DNA of 34,166 nt from Octopus bimaculoides. Lineage: Eukaryota. The translations under genes were made by a program, and so were the position numbers. Positions 33,329 through 34,166 of this stretch are shown here, piece after piece. Where the stretch lies: assembly GCF_001194135.2 (NCBI RefSeq), contig NC_069004.1, positions 21,834,487 through 21,868,652 on the forward strand, in the 5' to 3' direction. The notes beneath the pieces are model-generated. The model was given only the letters and a program-made list of their open reading frames with translations. It was not told the origin of the DNA and did no database searches. Each line of letters opens with the position of its first letter. Within the stretch, counting starts at the first letter, position 1.

Positions 33329-33959
33329 AGATATTTTACTCATCATTTATGCCACTTCACCACTCTTTAAAAGACCATAAAGGCAACAAAATTATATTTT
33401 TAAACTCTTTCAATACAAGCTCATCTTCAGTTTTATGATACAAAACTTCTTGTTTTAAACTTCCTATTTAAATTTATATCTATCATTATTTTCCTTTGTA
33501 AGAATCTTTTGTGTCCCAAAATACTGACTTGAAAAACAATAATGAATTATTTTACTTCTCAGTAAAATTCTTGCTAGTTTTCAAAATGAACTTACACACA
33601 TTAGCAGTGCAGTATTTTGTTAAAGAGATTCACAACAGGGCTAAACAGAAGCACAACATTAATTACTGGATTGGTGGGACAGAGTTTAACTTGGCTCCAG
33701 CAAGACTTGAATTCAGAATCTTTAATCTGATTTTCTATTGTTTCCCCTGTTCAATAATCACATCATAGCTGATCAGATCAAATTAAAGAAAACTGTTTCC
33801 ATTGATTTTTCAATTGCTGCTATAGGAAAGTTGGTTATACATCATTAGATGTACACCTGCTTTCCTATATTAAATTAGAATGAACAGAACGCACGAACTC
33901 CAAACTATCAACTCAACAATATTTATTCATGGTGGAAAATATACAGCTTTAATCTTGTT

Positions 33960-34166
33960 TGTTGAGGCGCCTTCTGTGTGTGAGAACATGGTTGTTGGGA
34001 CGTTGATGTGAGCTGTCTAGCGTAAGTTCGAAAGATGGAGCGAGCTAGACACGTCCATGCTCAATCGCTGGCCAGTAAGAAAGAGACAGAATAAAGCGGG
34101 AAACGCTTGGATGTTGAATTCCACGCATGCGTGAGACTACGCATGCGCACGGCGTTACTACACTAC
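33960..34166. promoter_or_regulatory. CpG-rich promoter-like region with NRF1-like palindromes
   Basis: Sharp rise in CpG; CACGCATGCGTG (~34123) and TACGCATGCGCA (~34138); ACTAC motifs. Lies 5' of the minus-strand gene. Confidence 0.5.

Overview
AT-rich, repeat-dense animal genomic DNA. The SINE and LINE-tail families look like those I recall from octopus genomes, so the taxon is an inference. Two convergent, intron-rich genes can be rebuilt by hand. (1) The 3' part of ZNHIT1 on + has coding exons 22-104, 1479-1567, 7272-7352 and 9819-9840. Its 1568-7271 intron is a 5.7 kb minor-spliceosome (U12) AT-AC intron filled with Ty3/Gypsy remnants. (2) A 344-aa uncharacterised JmjC/cupin-like protein on - has coding exons 29301-28622, 21882-21747, 17165-17033 and 11027-10942. 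It shows one predicted TM segment, five N-glycosylation sequons and an intact HxD...H triad. The introns hold a two-LTR Gypsy element (21937-25885), a decayed mariner (about 12710-13991), several RTE-type LINE fragments, many tRNA-derived SINEs, MITEs and several long fold-back structures. The most unusual repeat is a ~460 bp palindrome (20411-20870) of two head-to-head tRNA-like Pol III heads. One of its tails carries a minimal hammerhead-ribozyme-like motif, and the unit is flanked by a 12 bp direct repeat. There is a 651 nt assembly gap (18803-19453) and a CpG-rich promoter-like region at the right edge. All alignments and counts were done by eye; repeat boundaries are approximate.
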